Source of the DNA: Acidimicrobium ferrooxidans
Lineage (GTDB): Bacteria; Actinomycetota; Geothermincolia; Fen-727; Anoxymicrobiaceae
DNA: 64,000 nt
Direction of reading: 5' to 3'
Assembly: GCA_020723485.1 (NCBI GenBank)
Contig: DYIU01000001.1
Location: 757,850 to 821,849, forward strand
Of the stretch, positions 1-11,000 are shown in pieces. Position numbers and translations under genes: made by a program. Under the pieces are notes generated by a model that worked only from the letters and a program-made list of their open reading frames with translations, was not told the origin of the DNA and did not search any database. How positions within the stretch are numbered: the stretch's first letter is position 1; each line of letters opens with the position of its first letter.

Positions 1-224
1 GAAGATGGGTATCTCATGTAAGGCCTCACCCGCCGCGCCCGTCTTTGAACGCATCAATATTATCAGAGATGGTGAAGCCCCCCACAGGGGCCGTTCACCC
101 CGACCCGGGTGCTTCCGGCGGTTCGCGCGTAAGACTGACCGCGGAGCGGGAATGGTGTAAAATTGAGTTCTAGAGCTATCTATGATGAAAAGAGCCCCCA
201 CGTTCACTGGGGGATATATTTGTT

Positions 225-1631
225 ATGAGACACCCCAAGGACACTGACGAGCCGCACCTGCACCTCGACGGCGACCAACCACATCTATATCGGAAACGCC
301 TCAGGCGGCGCGAGCTGAAAGGGCACGTGGAAGCCCCCGGCGAGCCACATATGTACCTGGACGGCGACCAGCCCCACATCTACCGGCGGAAACGCAGGCG
401 GTGGACGTCGGTACTCAAGTGGGGAGCGCTTGCCCTCGTGATACTCCTGCTAGCGGGCTTCGCCTGGGGGTACGTATGGCTCAAGTCCAAGGAGTCCAGG
501 ATGCGCGTGGAGGGTATCGCGGACTCTCTCGATCCCAAGCAGAAGGGTCAGCCCGTGACGACGCTCGTGATGGGGGTGGACAAGGGGAGTGTCCCCGGCG
601 AAGAGGAGAGCCGCACCGACATCATGATGCTGGTGAGCGTCGACCCGGCCACCGACAAGGCGGCCGTTATCTCCATCCCCCGCGACACGAGGGTCGAGAT
701 CCCGGGGAAGAGCGGCTATAACAAGATAAACGCGGCTAACGCGTTCGGCGGCCCCGAGCTCGCGATCGAGACGGTCAAGGATTTCACCGGCCTCGACATC
801 AACCATTTCGTGGTGCTCGACTTCGAGGGTTTCAAGCATATCGTGGACGCGGTCGGCGGGGTCAGGATGAACATAGAGGTCGCGATCAACGACAAGTACG
901 CGGGCAAGGTCCCGGCGGGAGACCAGGTCCTCAACGGGGACCAGGCGCTGGCTCTGGTCCGGGCGCGCCACGACGTGAAGTCCGTCCCGGCGGGCGACCT
1001 GGACCGCATAAAGAACCAGCGGAAGTTCCTGCAGGCGATGCTCTCCACGGTGGCGCACACCCGCAACCCGTTCAAGATAATCAAGCTCATCGACGTGACG
1101 TCCCAGAACGTCAAGACCGACCTCACCTTCACCGAGATCCTCTCGCTGGGGCGCAGGCTCCAGGGGGCCGGCGGCAACCTCACCATGACCACCGTCCCCG
1201 GCAGGACAAGGGTGATGAACGGAGTATGGTATTACATTGCAGACATGCAGCAGTTCCAGTCGATGCTCGATACGTTCAAGACGAAGCAGGAGGTGGACGC
1301 GAGCGTCGAGGAGCAGGCGAGCTCAGAGGGCTCGTCGAGGTCCGGCATGAAGGTGGCCGTGCTGAACGGGGCCGGGACGCCCGGGCTGGCAGCGGCGGTG
1401 GCCGAGGCGCTGGCCAAGGAGGGATACACCGGCGTGAAGACGGGCAACGCCGAGAGCCGCTACAGCACGACTACGATATACTACTCGGACGATGAGAGCG
1501 AAAAGGCAGGGCTGGTTGCGGCGGACCTTGCCGGCGCCGAGGAGCCCGCTATCCAGAGCAGCGACGAGCTGACCTCCAGGTACGGCGTTGAGGTGCTGGT
1601 CGTCCTGGGAGCGGATTACCAGAGCCCGTGA
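225..1631 (+). CDS. LytR-CpsA-Psr (LCP) family cell-envelope protein with N-terminal membrane anchor
   Basis: ATG at 225; single TM helix (WGALALVILLLAGFAWGYVWL); LCP core reads MMLVSVDP...ISIPRDTRVEIPG...NKINAANAFGGPELAIETVKDFTGLDINHFVVLDFEGF; C-terminal LytR_C-like region (VAVLNGAGTPGLAA...TTTIYY). Cytoplasmic tail holds a tandem-duplicated ~30-aa motif. Confidence 0.8.
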   Translation: MRHPKDTDEPHLHLDGDQPHLYRKRLRRRELKGHVEAPGEPHMYLDGDQPHIYRRKRRRWTSVLKWGALALVILLLAGFAWGYVWLKSKESRMRVEGIADSLDPKQKGQPVTTLVMGVDKGSVPGEEESRTDIMMLVSVDPATDKAAVISIPRDTRVEIPGKSGYNKINAANAFGGPELAIETVKDFTGLDINHFVVLDFEGFKHIVDAVGGVRMNIEVAINDKYAGKVPAGDQVLNGDQALALVRARHDVKSVPAGDLDRIKNQRKFLQAMLSTVAHTRNPFKIIKLIDVTSQNVKTDLTFTEILSLGRRLQGAGGNLTMTTVPGRTRVMNGVWYYIADMQQFQSMLDTFKTKQEVDASVEEQASSEGSSRSGMKVAVLNGAGTPGLAAAVAEALAKEGYTGVKTGNAESRYSTTTIYYSDDESEKAGLVAADLAGAEEPAIQSSDELTSRYGVEVLVVLGADYQSP

Positions 1632-1686
1632 CCCCCAGGCCTTGCGCCGGAACCAGAAGCCCGGCGGATGGAAAGGCGGCGGCGAG

Positions 1687-2133
1687 ATGCACATCGAGGA
1701 GAAGCTCGAATTGGCCGGCCCGGAAGACATCCAGAGGGAGATGGAGAGGTTCTTCGAGCACGTGGGCCGCTGGAAGCGCCCGGTGTTCTTCTTCGAGAAG
1801 GCGTGGAAGCCGCTCTGCGACGTCTCAGAGTCCGACAGCGAGGTCATCGTGGTCGCCGACCTCGCGGGCGTGACCGTCGACAACATAGACATCCAGGTGC
1901 AGAACAACGTACTGCTCATCCGCGGCATCAGGGGCGAGCCCCCGGGGGCGCCGCGCACCAACTACCACCTCATGGAGATAAGCTACGGGACGTTCGAGCG
2001 GGAGATACCGCTTCCCGTCAGGGTCGATGCCGAGGCCGCCAAGGCCACATACGACGAGGGTTTCCTCGAGATAAGGCTCCCCAAAGCTGCCAAGGAACCG
2101 CCGAAGGGGGTGGACGTCGATGTGTCCACCTGA
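1687..2133 (+). CDS. Hsp20/alpha-crystallin family small heat-shock protein
   Basis: ATG at 1687 (MHIEEKLEL...) chosen inside the longer ORF 1588..2133; alpha-crystallin domain-like sequence (VIVVADLAGVTVDNIDIQVQNNVLLIRGIRG...GTFEREIPLP...EGFLEIRLPK); stop overlaps the lon start. Confidence 0.8.
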   Translation: MHIEEKLELAGPEDIQREMERFFEHVGRWKRPVFFFEKAWKPLCDVSESDSEVIVVADLAGVTVDNIDIQVQNNVLLIRGIRGEPPGAPRTNYHLMEISYGTFEREIPLPVRVDAEAAKATYDEGFLEIRLPKAAKEPPKGVDVDVST

Positions 2134-4579
2134 GAGTGACGGCCTCGGAGAGGAAGTGCAGTCGAACGCGCAGGGAGGCGAGTTCGACTCCGACGAGCGG
2201 GCCACGGTCATCAAGGCGATCGCGGAGAACCAGGAGCGGGAGCGCGAGGAAGGCACCCCCATCGAAAAGATCGAGATAGCCGAGGAGCTCCCGATCCTCC
2301 CTCTCAAGGACACGGTCATATACCCGCACATAGTGGCGCCGCTGCTCGTGACCGAGGAGCCCCTTATAAAGCTCATAGACGACGCGCTGGCGGGCGACCG
2401 CATTGTGGGCGTCCTCACCGCGATGGAGGAGGTCGAGGAGGACATCCCGGCCCCCGAGCAGCTGTACGATGTGGGTTCGGCCGTCGCCGTGGCACGGATG
2501 TTCAAGCTGCCCGACGGCAAGATGCAGCTCCTGGTGCAGGGCATAGCCAGGATAAAGGTGGAGGAGTTCACCCAGACGCAGCCGTACCTGAGGGCGAAGG
2601 TCGAGCGCCTCCGTGACACCGTGGAGGACGGGGTCGAGGTCGAGGGGCTGGCCCGCAACGCCCTCAACCTGTTCCGAAACATCGTGAACCTGGCGCCCTA
2701 CCTCCCCGAGGAGATATTCATCGCCGCCATGAACGTGAGCGAGCCGAACGACCTCGCCGACTTCCTCGCCGCCAACATCAACCTCGACACGAAACAGAAG
2801 CAGGAGCTCCTCGAGGAGCTGGACGTAAAGGAGCGCCTCCGCAAGCTCACCGTGTTCCTCAACCACGAGGTCGAGGTGCTGGAGATAGGCTCCCGCATCC
2901 AGGACCAGGTCCAGTCGGAGCTGGGCAAGGGCCAGCGCGAGTTCTTCCTGCGCGAGCAGATGAAGGCCATCCAGAAGGAGCTGGGGGAGCTCGACGAGAA
3001 GACCGTCGAGGTTAACGAGCTTCGCGAGGCCATCGAGGCGTCCGGAATGACGGAGGAGGCGCGCAAGGAGGCCGAGCGCGAGCTGGACCGACTGGCAAAC
3101 ATGCCGGCGGCCGCCGCCGAGTACACCGTCGCGCGCACGTACCTGGACTGGATGATAAACCTGCCCTGGGAAAAGAGCACCGAGGACAACCTCGACGTCA
3201 AGCGCGCCGCGCGCATACTCGACGAGGACCACTACGACCTCGAGAGGGTAAAGGAGCGGATAGTCGAGTACCTGGCGGTGCGGAACATCAAGGAGGACAC
3301 GAAGGGGCCCATCCTGTGCTTCGTCGGTCCCCCGGGCGTGGGCAAGACGTCGCTCGGCCACTCCATCGCGCGCGCCCTCGGGCGCACGTTCCACCGAATC
3401 TCCCTCGGCGGTGTGCGCGACGAGGCAGAGATTCGCGGGCACCGCCGCACGTACGTGGGCGCGCTGCCGGGCAGGATAATCCAGGGCCTCCGCAAGGCGG
3501 GCACCAACAACCCCGTGTTCATGCTCGACGAGGTGGACAAGCTGGGCGTTGACTTCCGGGGCGACCCGGCGGCGGCCCTCCTGGAGGTGCTCGATCCCGA
3601 GCAGAACGATTCGTTCTCGGACCACTACCTCGACGTGGCGTTCGACCTCTCGAAGGTGATGTTCATAACGACCGCGAACATCCTGTTCACTATCCCCCCG
3701 GCCCTGCTCGACCGCATGGAGGTCCTCGAGCTCCCGGGATATACCGAGCCCGAGAAGATAAACATCGCGAAGCAGTTCCTGGTGCCCCGGCAGCTGGAGG
3801 AGCACGGCCTGAAGGACGCCGACCTCGATATCCAGGAGAGCGCGCTGCACGGGATAATTCGCAACTACACCCGCGAGGCGGGGGTCCGCAACCTCGAGAG
3901 GGAGATAGCCGGCGTCTGCCGCAAGATAGCAAGAAAGGTCGCCGAGGGGGAGAAAGGCCCGTTCGAGGTCACCGGCGACGACCTGCACGATATGCTCGGC
4001 CCCATCAAGTTCCGGCAGGATGTCATAGGGCAGGAGGACGAGGTCGGTGTTGCCACCGGGCTGGCGTGGACCGAGACCGGCGGCGACGTGCTGTTCGTCG
4101 AGGCGGAATCGTTCGGCGGCAAGGGCAACCTGAGCCTCACCGGCAAGCTCGGCGAGGTCATGCAGGAATCGGCCCGGGCGGCCGTCACCTACGCGAGAGC
4201 CAACTCCGACAGGCTGGGTATTTCAGACGATTTCTTCGAGAAGAACGACGTCCACATACACGTGCCGGCGGGTGCCATCCCGAAGGACGGCCCCTCGGCG
4301 GGGGTGACGATGGCGGCCGCACTCGTCTCTGCGGCGACCGACAGGCCGCTCATCAAGGACACCGCCATGACCGGCGAGATAACCCTGCGGGGCAAGGTGC
4401 TCCCGGTCGGCGGCATCAAGGAGAAGGTCATCGCGGCTCACCGCGCGGGCGTCAAGAAGGTCATCCTGCCGGAAGACAACGAAAAGGACCTCGAGGAGGT
4501 CCCCGACTTCGTCAAGAAGGACATGGAGTTCTCGTTCGTAAAGGACGTGAACGACCTCATGTCCCAGGTCCTGAAATAA
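2120..4579 (+). CDS. lon: ATP-dependent Lon protease
   Basis: 819 aa; Lon N-terminal substrate domain; AAA+ Walker [10 protein letters not shown]; C-terminal protease domain with PKDGPSAGV...[19 protein letters not shown]; start overlaps the Hsp20 stop by 14 bp. Confidence 0.92.
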   Translation: MCPPESDGLGEEVQSNAQGGEFDSDERATVIKAIAENQEREREEGTPIEKIEIAEELPILPLKDTVIYPHIVAPLLVTEEPLIKLIDDALAGDRIVGVLTAMEEVEEDIPAPEQLYDVGSAVAVARMFKLPDGKMQLLVQGIARIKVEEFTQTQPYLRAKVERLRDTVEDGVEVEGLARNALNLFRNIVNLAPYLPEEIFIAAMNVSEPNDLADFLAANINLDTKQKQELLEELDVKERLRKLTVFLNHEVEVLEIGSRIQDQVQSELGKGQREFFLREQMKAIQKELGELDEKTVEVNELREAIEASGMTEEARKEAERELDRLANMPAAAAEYTVARTYLDWMINLPWEKSTEDNLDVKRAARILDEDHYDLERVKERIVEYLAVRNIKEDTKGPILCFVGPPGVGKTSLGHSIARALGRTFHRISLGGVRDEAEIRGHRRTYVGALPGRIIQGLRKAGTNNPVFMLDEVDKLGVDFRGDPAAALLEVLDPEQNDSFSDHYLDVAFDLSKVMFITTANILFTIPPALLDRMEVLELPGYTEPEKINIAKQFLVPRQLEEHGLKDADLDIQESALHGIIRNYTREAGVRNLEREIAGVCRKIARKVAEGEKGPFEVTGDDLHDMLGPIKFRQDVIGQEDEVGVATGLAWTETGGDVLFVEAESFGGKGNLSLTGKLGEVMQESARAAVTYARANSDRLGISDDFFEKNDVHIHVPAGAIPKDGPSAGVTMAAALVSAATDRPLIKDTAMTGEITLRGKVLPVGGIKEKVIAAHRAGVKKVILPEDNEKDLEEVPDFVKKDMEFSFVKDVNDLMSQVLK

Positions 4580-4712
4580 TGTGTGGCCCCGCAGGTTTGA
4601 ATCCCAACGGTTAACTGTATTTGTCACCTGTTGTTCAGGACAACAGGAGTATCGCCCGCAGCGGCTTTCTTGCCCGAGCCTGATTGATTTCCGTGGTCAG
4701 TGACAGCGTTTG

Positions 4713-5831
4713 TCAACAACTGTTGTCAGAGTTATTCAAACCTGCGGCGCCCGCTTGCAGGTTGGCTAGGCGCTCGGCGACGAGCGCTTCGCCGTATTCG
4801 GCCAACTCGTCCATGACCGCCTGGACACCCTCGGTCTGCCTATCGGCCAGGGCATCTGTGGTCTTCCACTCAAGCTCGCGCTTCCTGCGGGCGAAGAACG
4901 CGGCGGCGGTCTCGCTGAACCGGTAAGGGCAGACGAAGAAGTACTTGAGCCCGAGCTCGTTGTCAGGGAACTGTCCACGGGCCTTCCCATTGACCAGGCT
5001 GTCGAGTTTCCTGATCGCTTCGGCGAGCGCCTCGGGTTTCCCGGTGACACCGGCGGCGACGGAATCGGCGAGCAGGTAATCCTGAGAGTCCGGCCGCCGC
5101 AGCCTCCGAACGACGAGCCCTCCAAGGAAGAGGACAGCCGCGGCCCCTGCCAGGAAAGCCACGCCCAGGCCGGTCCTGCCCCCCGCCCCGACCATGGGCG
5201 CCGCGGCGAGTCCGAGCAGGGAGAAGAGCCCCAGGAGACCGTAGGCTGCGAGCTCGAAGCCGAACGTCCCCGGCTTCCTCAGGTAATCCGAGGCGATGAT
5301 GCCCGCGAGCTGGTGCGCCATCACGGCCTCGGCCTCCTTGTAGGAGAGGTCTGACTCGAGCAGGCCGCGGGTCACGCCCACTACGGCCTTCCCTCCGTGT
5401 CCCTCGAAGGTGAGAGCGTTCGGGCTGGAAGAAGCAAGCACGGCGACAGGCGGCTCGTCCACCCCGGCTTTCAACCTCGCCCCGTCGAGCGCGTTCATGA
5501 ACATCGCCAGCCGCCGGGCGTCGTACTCCCCCGCCCTGGACGTGAGCTTCGCGTAGTAGCGCCTGTCGCGCACCACGCCCGGGATATAGAGGAGCGCGAA
5601 GACGACGTCCAGCACAAGCGCCACGGCGGCAAGCGCGGCGACCCGCCCGGCCCCACCGGCAGCGGTCACCAGGGGGCTGAGCTCGGTGCTCCCGGCCGCG
5701 TACGGCACGATGACCAGGACGATGACGGCAATACAGAGCGCCCCCAGCACCGCGAAAAAGGCGCCCCTGGCGGCGCGGGAGCGCCGCCGGTCACGGCTTA
5801 TGCGCGCGGCTAGCTCGCGTTCCAGTTCCAT
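4713..5831 (-). CDS. Hypothetical polytopic membrane protein (HtpX/M48-like layout but HExxH replaced by HQLAG)
   Basis: ATG at 5831 (reverse strand); several hydrophobic helices; segment EAEAVMAHQLAGIIASDYLRK resembles the M48 active-site helix but lacks the HExxH motif. Confidence 0.5.
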   Translation of the reverse strand: MELERELAARISRDRRRSRAARGAFFAVLGALCIAVIVLVIVPYAAGSTELSPLVTAAGGAGRVAALAAVALVLDVVFALLYIPGVVRDRRYYAKLTSRAGEYDARRLAMFMNALDGARLKAGVDEPPVAVLASSSPNALTFEGHGGKAVVGVTRGLLESDLSYKEAEAVMAHQLAGIIASDYLRKPGTFGFELAAYGLLGLFSLLGLAAAPMVGAGGRTGLGVAFLAGAAAVLFLGGLVVRRLRRPDSQDYLLADSVAAGVTGKPEALAEAIRKLDSLVNGKARGQFPDNELGLKYFFVCPYRFSETAAAFFARRKRELEWKTTDALADRQTEGVQAVMDELAEYGEALVAERLANLQAGAAGLNNSDNSC

Positions 5832-6010
5832 GCCGGTAGTCTAGCAGAACGCCGCTTGCCTGAAGGTACTGCCCCCCGTCCCCGGAACCAGGAGCGCGCA
5901 GCGAAGGAACGCGCGGCTCGCGCGAGGCCGAGCAGGAGGTACCGAGCGTTGCCATGCAGGGCGCGCCTTTGCGATATGATACCGGGAGTCGCGTAGCAAC
6001 AAGGAGAGCG

Positions 6011-6751
6011 ATGGGTGACGGCGACCGGTACTCGATAGAGACCCGCGGGCTCACTAAGCGATACGGTAAGTTCACGGCAGTGGACGGGTTCGACCTGCGC
6101 GTCGAGCCGGGCGAGGTATACGGCCTCCTCGGACCCAACGGCGCAGGCAAGACCACCACTATCAAAATGCTCTGCGGCCTCCTGAGGATGACCAACGGGG
6201 AGGCCCGCCTCCTGGGAGAGAGCGTCCCTGACAAGAAGATATCCTCCCGGCTCGGCTATATGCCCCAGGAGACAGCGCTCTACGAGGGGCTTACGGCTCA
6301 CCAGAACATCGCGTTCTACGGACGGGTCTTCGGGCTGACGCGCACACAGATAAACGACCGCGAGCGCCAGCTGCTCGAGTTCGTAGACCTCACCAGGTGG
6401 CGCGACGAGCTGGTACAGAACCTGTCCGGCGGGATGAAGCACCGCGTGTCGCTCGCGTGCGCACTCATCCACCAGCCCCCGCTGCTCTTTCTGGACGAGC
6501 CCACCGTGGGGGTGGACCCCGAGCTTCGCGCGTCGTTCTGGGAGTACTTCGATGAGCTGAAGGCCGGCGGGGTCACGATACTCATTACTACGCACTACAT
6601 GGACGAGGCAAGCCACTGCGACAGGGTGGGATTCATGCGGAGCGGAAGGCTGATAGCCGAGGGGACCCCCCAGGAGATACTGCGGGAAGCGGGGGCGTCG
6701 TCGCTGGAGGACGCGTTCCTCGCCCTGTCGAGGGAGGCGGACCGGCGATGA
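6011..6751 (+). CDS. ABC transporter ATP-binding protein (ABC-2 exporter type)
   Basis: ATG at 6011 preceded by AAGGAGAG; Walker A GPNGAGKTT; ABC signature LSGGMKHRVSLA; Walker B LLFLDEPTVGVD. Confidence 0.88.
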   Translation: MGDGDRYSIETRGLTKRYGKFTAVDGFDLRVEPGEVYGLLGPNGAGKTTTIKMLCGLLRMTNGEARLLGESVPDKKISSRLGYMPQETALYEGLTAHQNIAFYGRVFGLTRTQINDRERQLLEFVDLTRWRDELVQNLSGGMKHRVSLACALIHQPPLLFLDEPTVGVDPELRASFWEYFDELKAGGVTILITTHYMDEASHCDRVGFMRSGRLIAEGTPQEILREAGASSLEDAFLALSREADRR

Positions 6752-7890
6752 AAGCCCCACGCTTCCTGGCGGTGACCAGACGGATATTCCTGGACCTCAA
6801 GAACGACAAGCGCACACTCGCGCTCATCTTCATAGCCCCGATATTCGCGATGTTCGTGTTCGGCCTCGCTTTCAGCGGCGAGGTGAAGGACGTAAGGGTG
6901 GAGGTCGTGAACCTCGACAAGGGCGCTCCGGGCCCGGTGCCCGGCACCACGGTCTCGATACCGGAGAAGGTGCTCTCGAACATCGACGACGAGACCCTGG
7001 ACCTGCACGACGAAGCTGACCTGGACGCTGCCATCCAGCGTGTGAAAGACGGCGACGCCTACGCGGCCATAGAGTTCCCGGAAGGGCTTACCGCCGGCGT
7101 GATGGCACAGATGCAGGGCCAGCCGGGGGCCGGCCAGGCCGAGGTGAAGCTCTATCTCGACCAGAGCAACGTGAACGTCGCAAACGCCGTCGTGCAGGAG
7201 TTGAACCAGGCGCTCCTCGAGACATCGAAGGAAGCCGGCATCGAGCCGCCGGTCACAGTCGACAGCATCGCCATTTACGGCAAAGGGGCCAAGTTCATCG
7301 ACTTCTTCGTGCCCGGCATCATGTCGTTCGTGGTGTTCATGCTCACCACCCTGCTGACGCTGATGTCCTTTGTGGGCGAGCGCACCTCTGGGACACTCGT
7401 CAGGATGCTCGCGACCCCCCTCAGGGAGAGGGACATCGTGATGGGGTATGCCGTCACGTTCAGCATCATCGGGATCGTCCAGTCGTCGATACTTCTCGCG
7501 ATAGGCATCCTGGTCTTCGACATAATCATCGTCGGGAACGTGCTGCTCGCCCTCCTCGTGATCGCCCTGCTCGCGGTGGTCTCCCAGGCCCTGGGCATCC
7601 TGCTGTCGAGCATGGCCAGGCGCGAATCACAGGTGATCCAGTTCTTCCCGTTCATCATCCTGCCCGTCTTCCTCCTCGCAGGCATCTTCTGGCCCCTGGA
7701 AGCGATTCCGTCCTGGCTGAGACCTTTCTCCTACCTGGTTCCACCCACGTACTCGGTTCAGGCGTGCCGCGCGGTCATGCTGAAGGGCTGGGGCATCTCC
7801 CAGATATGGGTGGACATAGTAGCCCTGCTGGCCTTCGCCGCGGTGTTCCTCTCTCTGGCGACGGCCTCCCTCAAGGTCCGCAAAGGCTGA
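6748..7890 (+). CDS. ABC-2 family transporter permease
   Basis: ATG overlaps the stop of the ATPase gene; N-terminal TM helix, large extracytoplasmic loop, then multiple C-terminal TM helices, typical of ABC-2 permeases. Confidence 0.8.
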   Translation: MKAPRFLAVTRRIFLDLKNDKRTLALIFIAPIFAMFVFGLAFSGEVKDVRVEVVNLDKGAPGPVPGTTVSIPEKVLSNIDDETLDLHDEADLDAAIQRVKDGDAYAAIEFPEGLTAGVMAQMQGQPGAGQAEVKLYLDQSNVNVANAVVQELNQALLETSKEAGIEPPVTVDSIAIYGKGAKFIDFFVPGIMSFVVFMLTTLLTLMSFVGERTSGTLVRMLATPLRERDIVMGYAVTFSIIGIVQSSILLAIGILVFDIIIVGNVLLALLVIALLAVVSQALGILLSSMARRESQVIQFFPFIILPVFLLAGIFWPLEAIPSWLRPFSYLVPPTYSVQACRAVMLKGWGISQIWVDIVALLAFAAVFLSLATASLKVRKG

Positions 7891-8019
7891 CCCCCGGTTT
7901 AGGCGCGTTTCAGGTCGCGCGGCATTTCGCCGATGAAAATCAAGGGTGGTCAAACCGCTGCTCCCGTTTACTGTGCCGGCACCAGCCCGATTGCGGCTGC
8001 AGGACCTGAGGGGTATTCG

Positions 8020-11000
8020 ATGGATGTCTTCGCTCGTCACAAGATGCTTTTTGTCGTTCCAGTGATAGCCGCAGCCGTCTGTATTGTGCTTACGGCAACC
8101 GGGCTGATAGTCCCGCCGGTGACAAAGGCGGCCGACCTCAACCAGGGCGACGTCGCCCGACTCCTCCAGAAGACCTGGTACATGGCGGAAGGCTACACCG
8201 GCGGCTCGTTCCAGACCTGGGTCGCGGTGCAGAACCCGGGGGCCCAAAAGGCCAACGTCTCGATGGAGTTCCAGGTGCCCGCGGGACGTCCGGCCCCCGC
8301 CCCTTACGCGTTCGAGCTGCCTGCGAAGACCAGGAAGAGCGTCAGGCTCGACGACATACCGGGACTCGAGAACACCGAGGTGTCCACCAGGGTCAGCGCC
8401 GACGTGAATATCTATGCCCAGCGCTCGATGTACTTCGACGAGAACGGCAGGCAGGGCGGAAGCAGCACCATGGCGGCGGCCATACCCGACTTCGAGTGGT
8501 ACCTCGCGGAGGGCTACACCGGCGGCACGTTCGAGACTTTCGTCTGCATCCAGAATCCCGGACCTGACACCTGCAAGGTAACGATGAGCTTCAACCTGCT
8601 GGCCGGCGGCGCCGCCGACCCGTACGCCTTTGACCTGCCCGGCCGCACCCGGCGGACGGTCAAGCTCGATGACCTGCCGGGGCTCATGGGCACGGACGTC
8701 TCCACCAGGGTCTCCGCCACCCAGCCCGTGGTGGTGGAGAGGGCGATGTACTACGACTATTTCGGGAAAGACGGCGGGGACTGCTCGCTCGGCCAGACCA
8801 GCACCGATACGGAATGGTACATCCCCGAGGGTTACACGGGCGATTCCTTCGACACGTACGTGCTGGTGCAGAACCCGGGAACCGAGGAGGCCGCCGTAAG
8901 GCTCAACTTCCAGCTCTCCGGAGGGGAGGACGGTGAAACGCGCGCGTTCAAGATGGCGCCGGGAACGCGCCGGACGGTGAAGCTCGACGAACTCCCCGGG
9001 TTGGACTCCGCCGAGGTCGCGACGGTCATATCCTCGGATAAGCCCGTTGTCGCGGAGCGGGCGATGTACTTCGACCGCGCCGGAAGCGACGACGGCCATT
9101 CCTCGCCGGCCAGCGATTCCATAAGCGACGTGTGGCAGGTCCCGGAGGGATGTACGAGCGACGGCTTCGAGACCTACTTGAGCGTGCAGAACCCCGGCGA
9201 CTCCCAAGTCGAGGTGACGCTCGAGTTCCAGCCGGCGCCTGGTTACGAGATAGAACCCTACAAGTTCGAGGTTCAGGCGGACGGGCGCGAGAGCGTGTCC
9301 CTCAACCGGATTGACGGTTTCCCCGAGACGGACGTCTCGACGACCGTGCGGGCCACCGCTCCCGTGATAGTCGAGTCCTCGATGTACTACGACCGAGTGG
9401 GAATGAACGGCGGACACAGTTGCCTGGGGGTCATCCCCAACACCCTGATGCCGAACGGGGTCATGCTGGACCAGGCGAGCGAGGCGCTCGTGACCTCGGC
9501 CCCGGACGGCCAGGTCGTTTTCAGCTCTTCCAACGACCTCATCGACTCCATCGAGGTGGACGACGTGGTCTGCGGCATGCCCTGTGAGGGCGCGCCGAGC
9601 GGGTTCATGAGGAAGGTGAAGGAGGTCCAGCACGCGGGCAGCGTGGTGACGCTCATCACCGAGCAGGCGGCCCTCCAGGAGTTCGTCAGGTACGGTTTCT
9701 TCTACGGCACCCACGACCCGGCCGGGGGCGCCCGGCAGGGCGGCTTCGACGTCACGGTCCCGTTCAACGTCGACCTTTCCTCTTACGGGAACATAAAGGG
9801 CGAGGTCTCCGTCGGCGTCAGCGTCGACATCTCGATACACATCAAGTGGAAGGGCTGGTGGATATTCAAGGTACCCGTCGGGTTCACGTTCAGGATGGCG
9901 GCGGGGTTCCAGCAGTCGGCGAACTTCACACTGACCGCCGGGGACAACTTCACGCTCGACAAAGAGGTGAAGATCAAGACGTTCTACCTGTCTCCGATAG
10001 ACGCGGGGCCGCTGGTGTTCTTCCCGAGGGTGAGCATCTACGTGGGCTTCACCGGCAACTTAGCCAGGGGAACGGTCTTGTCGTGCGGTGAATCCCTGTC
10101 CGCGCAGGCGGGCTTCGGGTACGACGACGGCTGGTACACCATATCCAACTTCGACCCGGGTGCCTCGGCGGACGCGAGCCTGCCGTACGCCTCCATGGAC
10201 GCCAAGCCCTACATCAGGGAGGCGCTCGAGTGTCTGCTCTACGACATCGTGGGGCCGTACATCGACGTGATGCAGTACATCAGGCTCCACTCGGACCCGG
10301 CCGCCGACCCGTGGTGGGTGGTGTACGCCGGTGTGCAGGCCGACGGCGGGATAGACATAGACCTGCTCATCTGGACCCTGAAGTGGCACGGGAAGATATA
10401 CGGGTACGAATGGCAGATCAAGAGCGCCCCCCCGAAGCCGAAGATTACCGGGATAAACCCCAACCCGAGCGCGACCGGGACGCAGGTGACGCTGAGCGGT
10501 TCGAGCTTCGGGGGCGCCAAGAGCCCGAGCTGGTACGTGACGTTCGGGGGGACACGTGCGTCCGAATACGGGCCCTGGTCCGACGGTTCAATAACGTGTA
10601 CGGTGCCGGGCGGCCTGTCCGGCCGGGTGACGGTGCAGGTGTTCAATGACGGAGGGTTATCAGCGGGGGCGGATTTCGGAGTGCAGCCCCACATAGGCGG
10701 CGTCTCGCCGCCATCCGGTAAAACCGGCTCCAACGTGACGGTCACCGGCACGTCCTTCGGCGCCTCGCGAGGCAGCTCGTACGTCTGCTTCAACGGGGTC
10801 GGCTCCCCGGGGTACTCCAGCTGGTCGGACTCCAGCGTGACCTGCGAGGTCCCTGCCGGCATCTCGGGCGTGGCGAACGTCACAGTGACAACCTCCGGCG
10901 GGGAGTCCAACTGGTTCCAGTTCAACGTGATACCCGACCTCGATGCTGTCACCCCTGCTTCCGGAACGATAGGGAGCGAGGTCAAGCTGACGGGCAATGC

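Noticed and set aside
2018-3988. 656-aa antisense ORF opposite lon, and similar long ORFs opposite other genes (for example 7627-9840, 13752-14954, 14915-16255, 24776-25768)
   Set aside because: Low-complexity Arg/Ala/Gly/Pro-rich translations typical of GC-rich antisense frames; each overlaps a gene with clear family motifs on the other strand.
4586-4606. GGTTTGAATCC motif downstream of lon resembling a tRNA T-arm
   Set aside because: Flanking bases cannot form the T-stem or an acceptor stem, and no D-arm or anticodon arm can be drawn; it is a chance match.
4627-4647. Short hairpin CCTGTTGT-TCAGG-ACAACAGG after lon as an intrinsic terminator
   Set aside because: The stem is only 8 bp and is not followed by a T-tract on either strand; too weak to call as a feature.
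4713-5831. Calling the minus-strand membrane protein an active M48/HtpX protease
   Set aside because: The expected HExxH zinc-binding motif is replaced by HQLAG, so at most it is an inactive homologue; annotated as hypothetical membrane protein.
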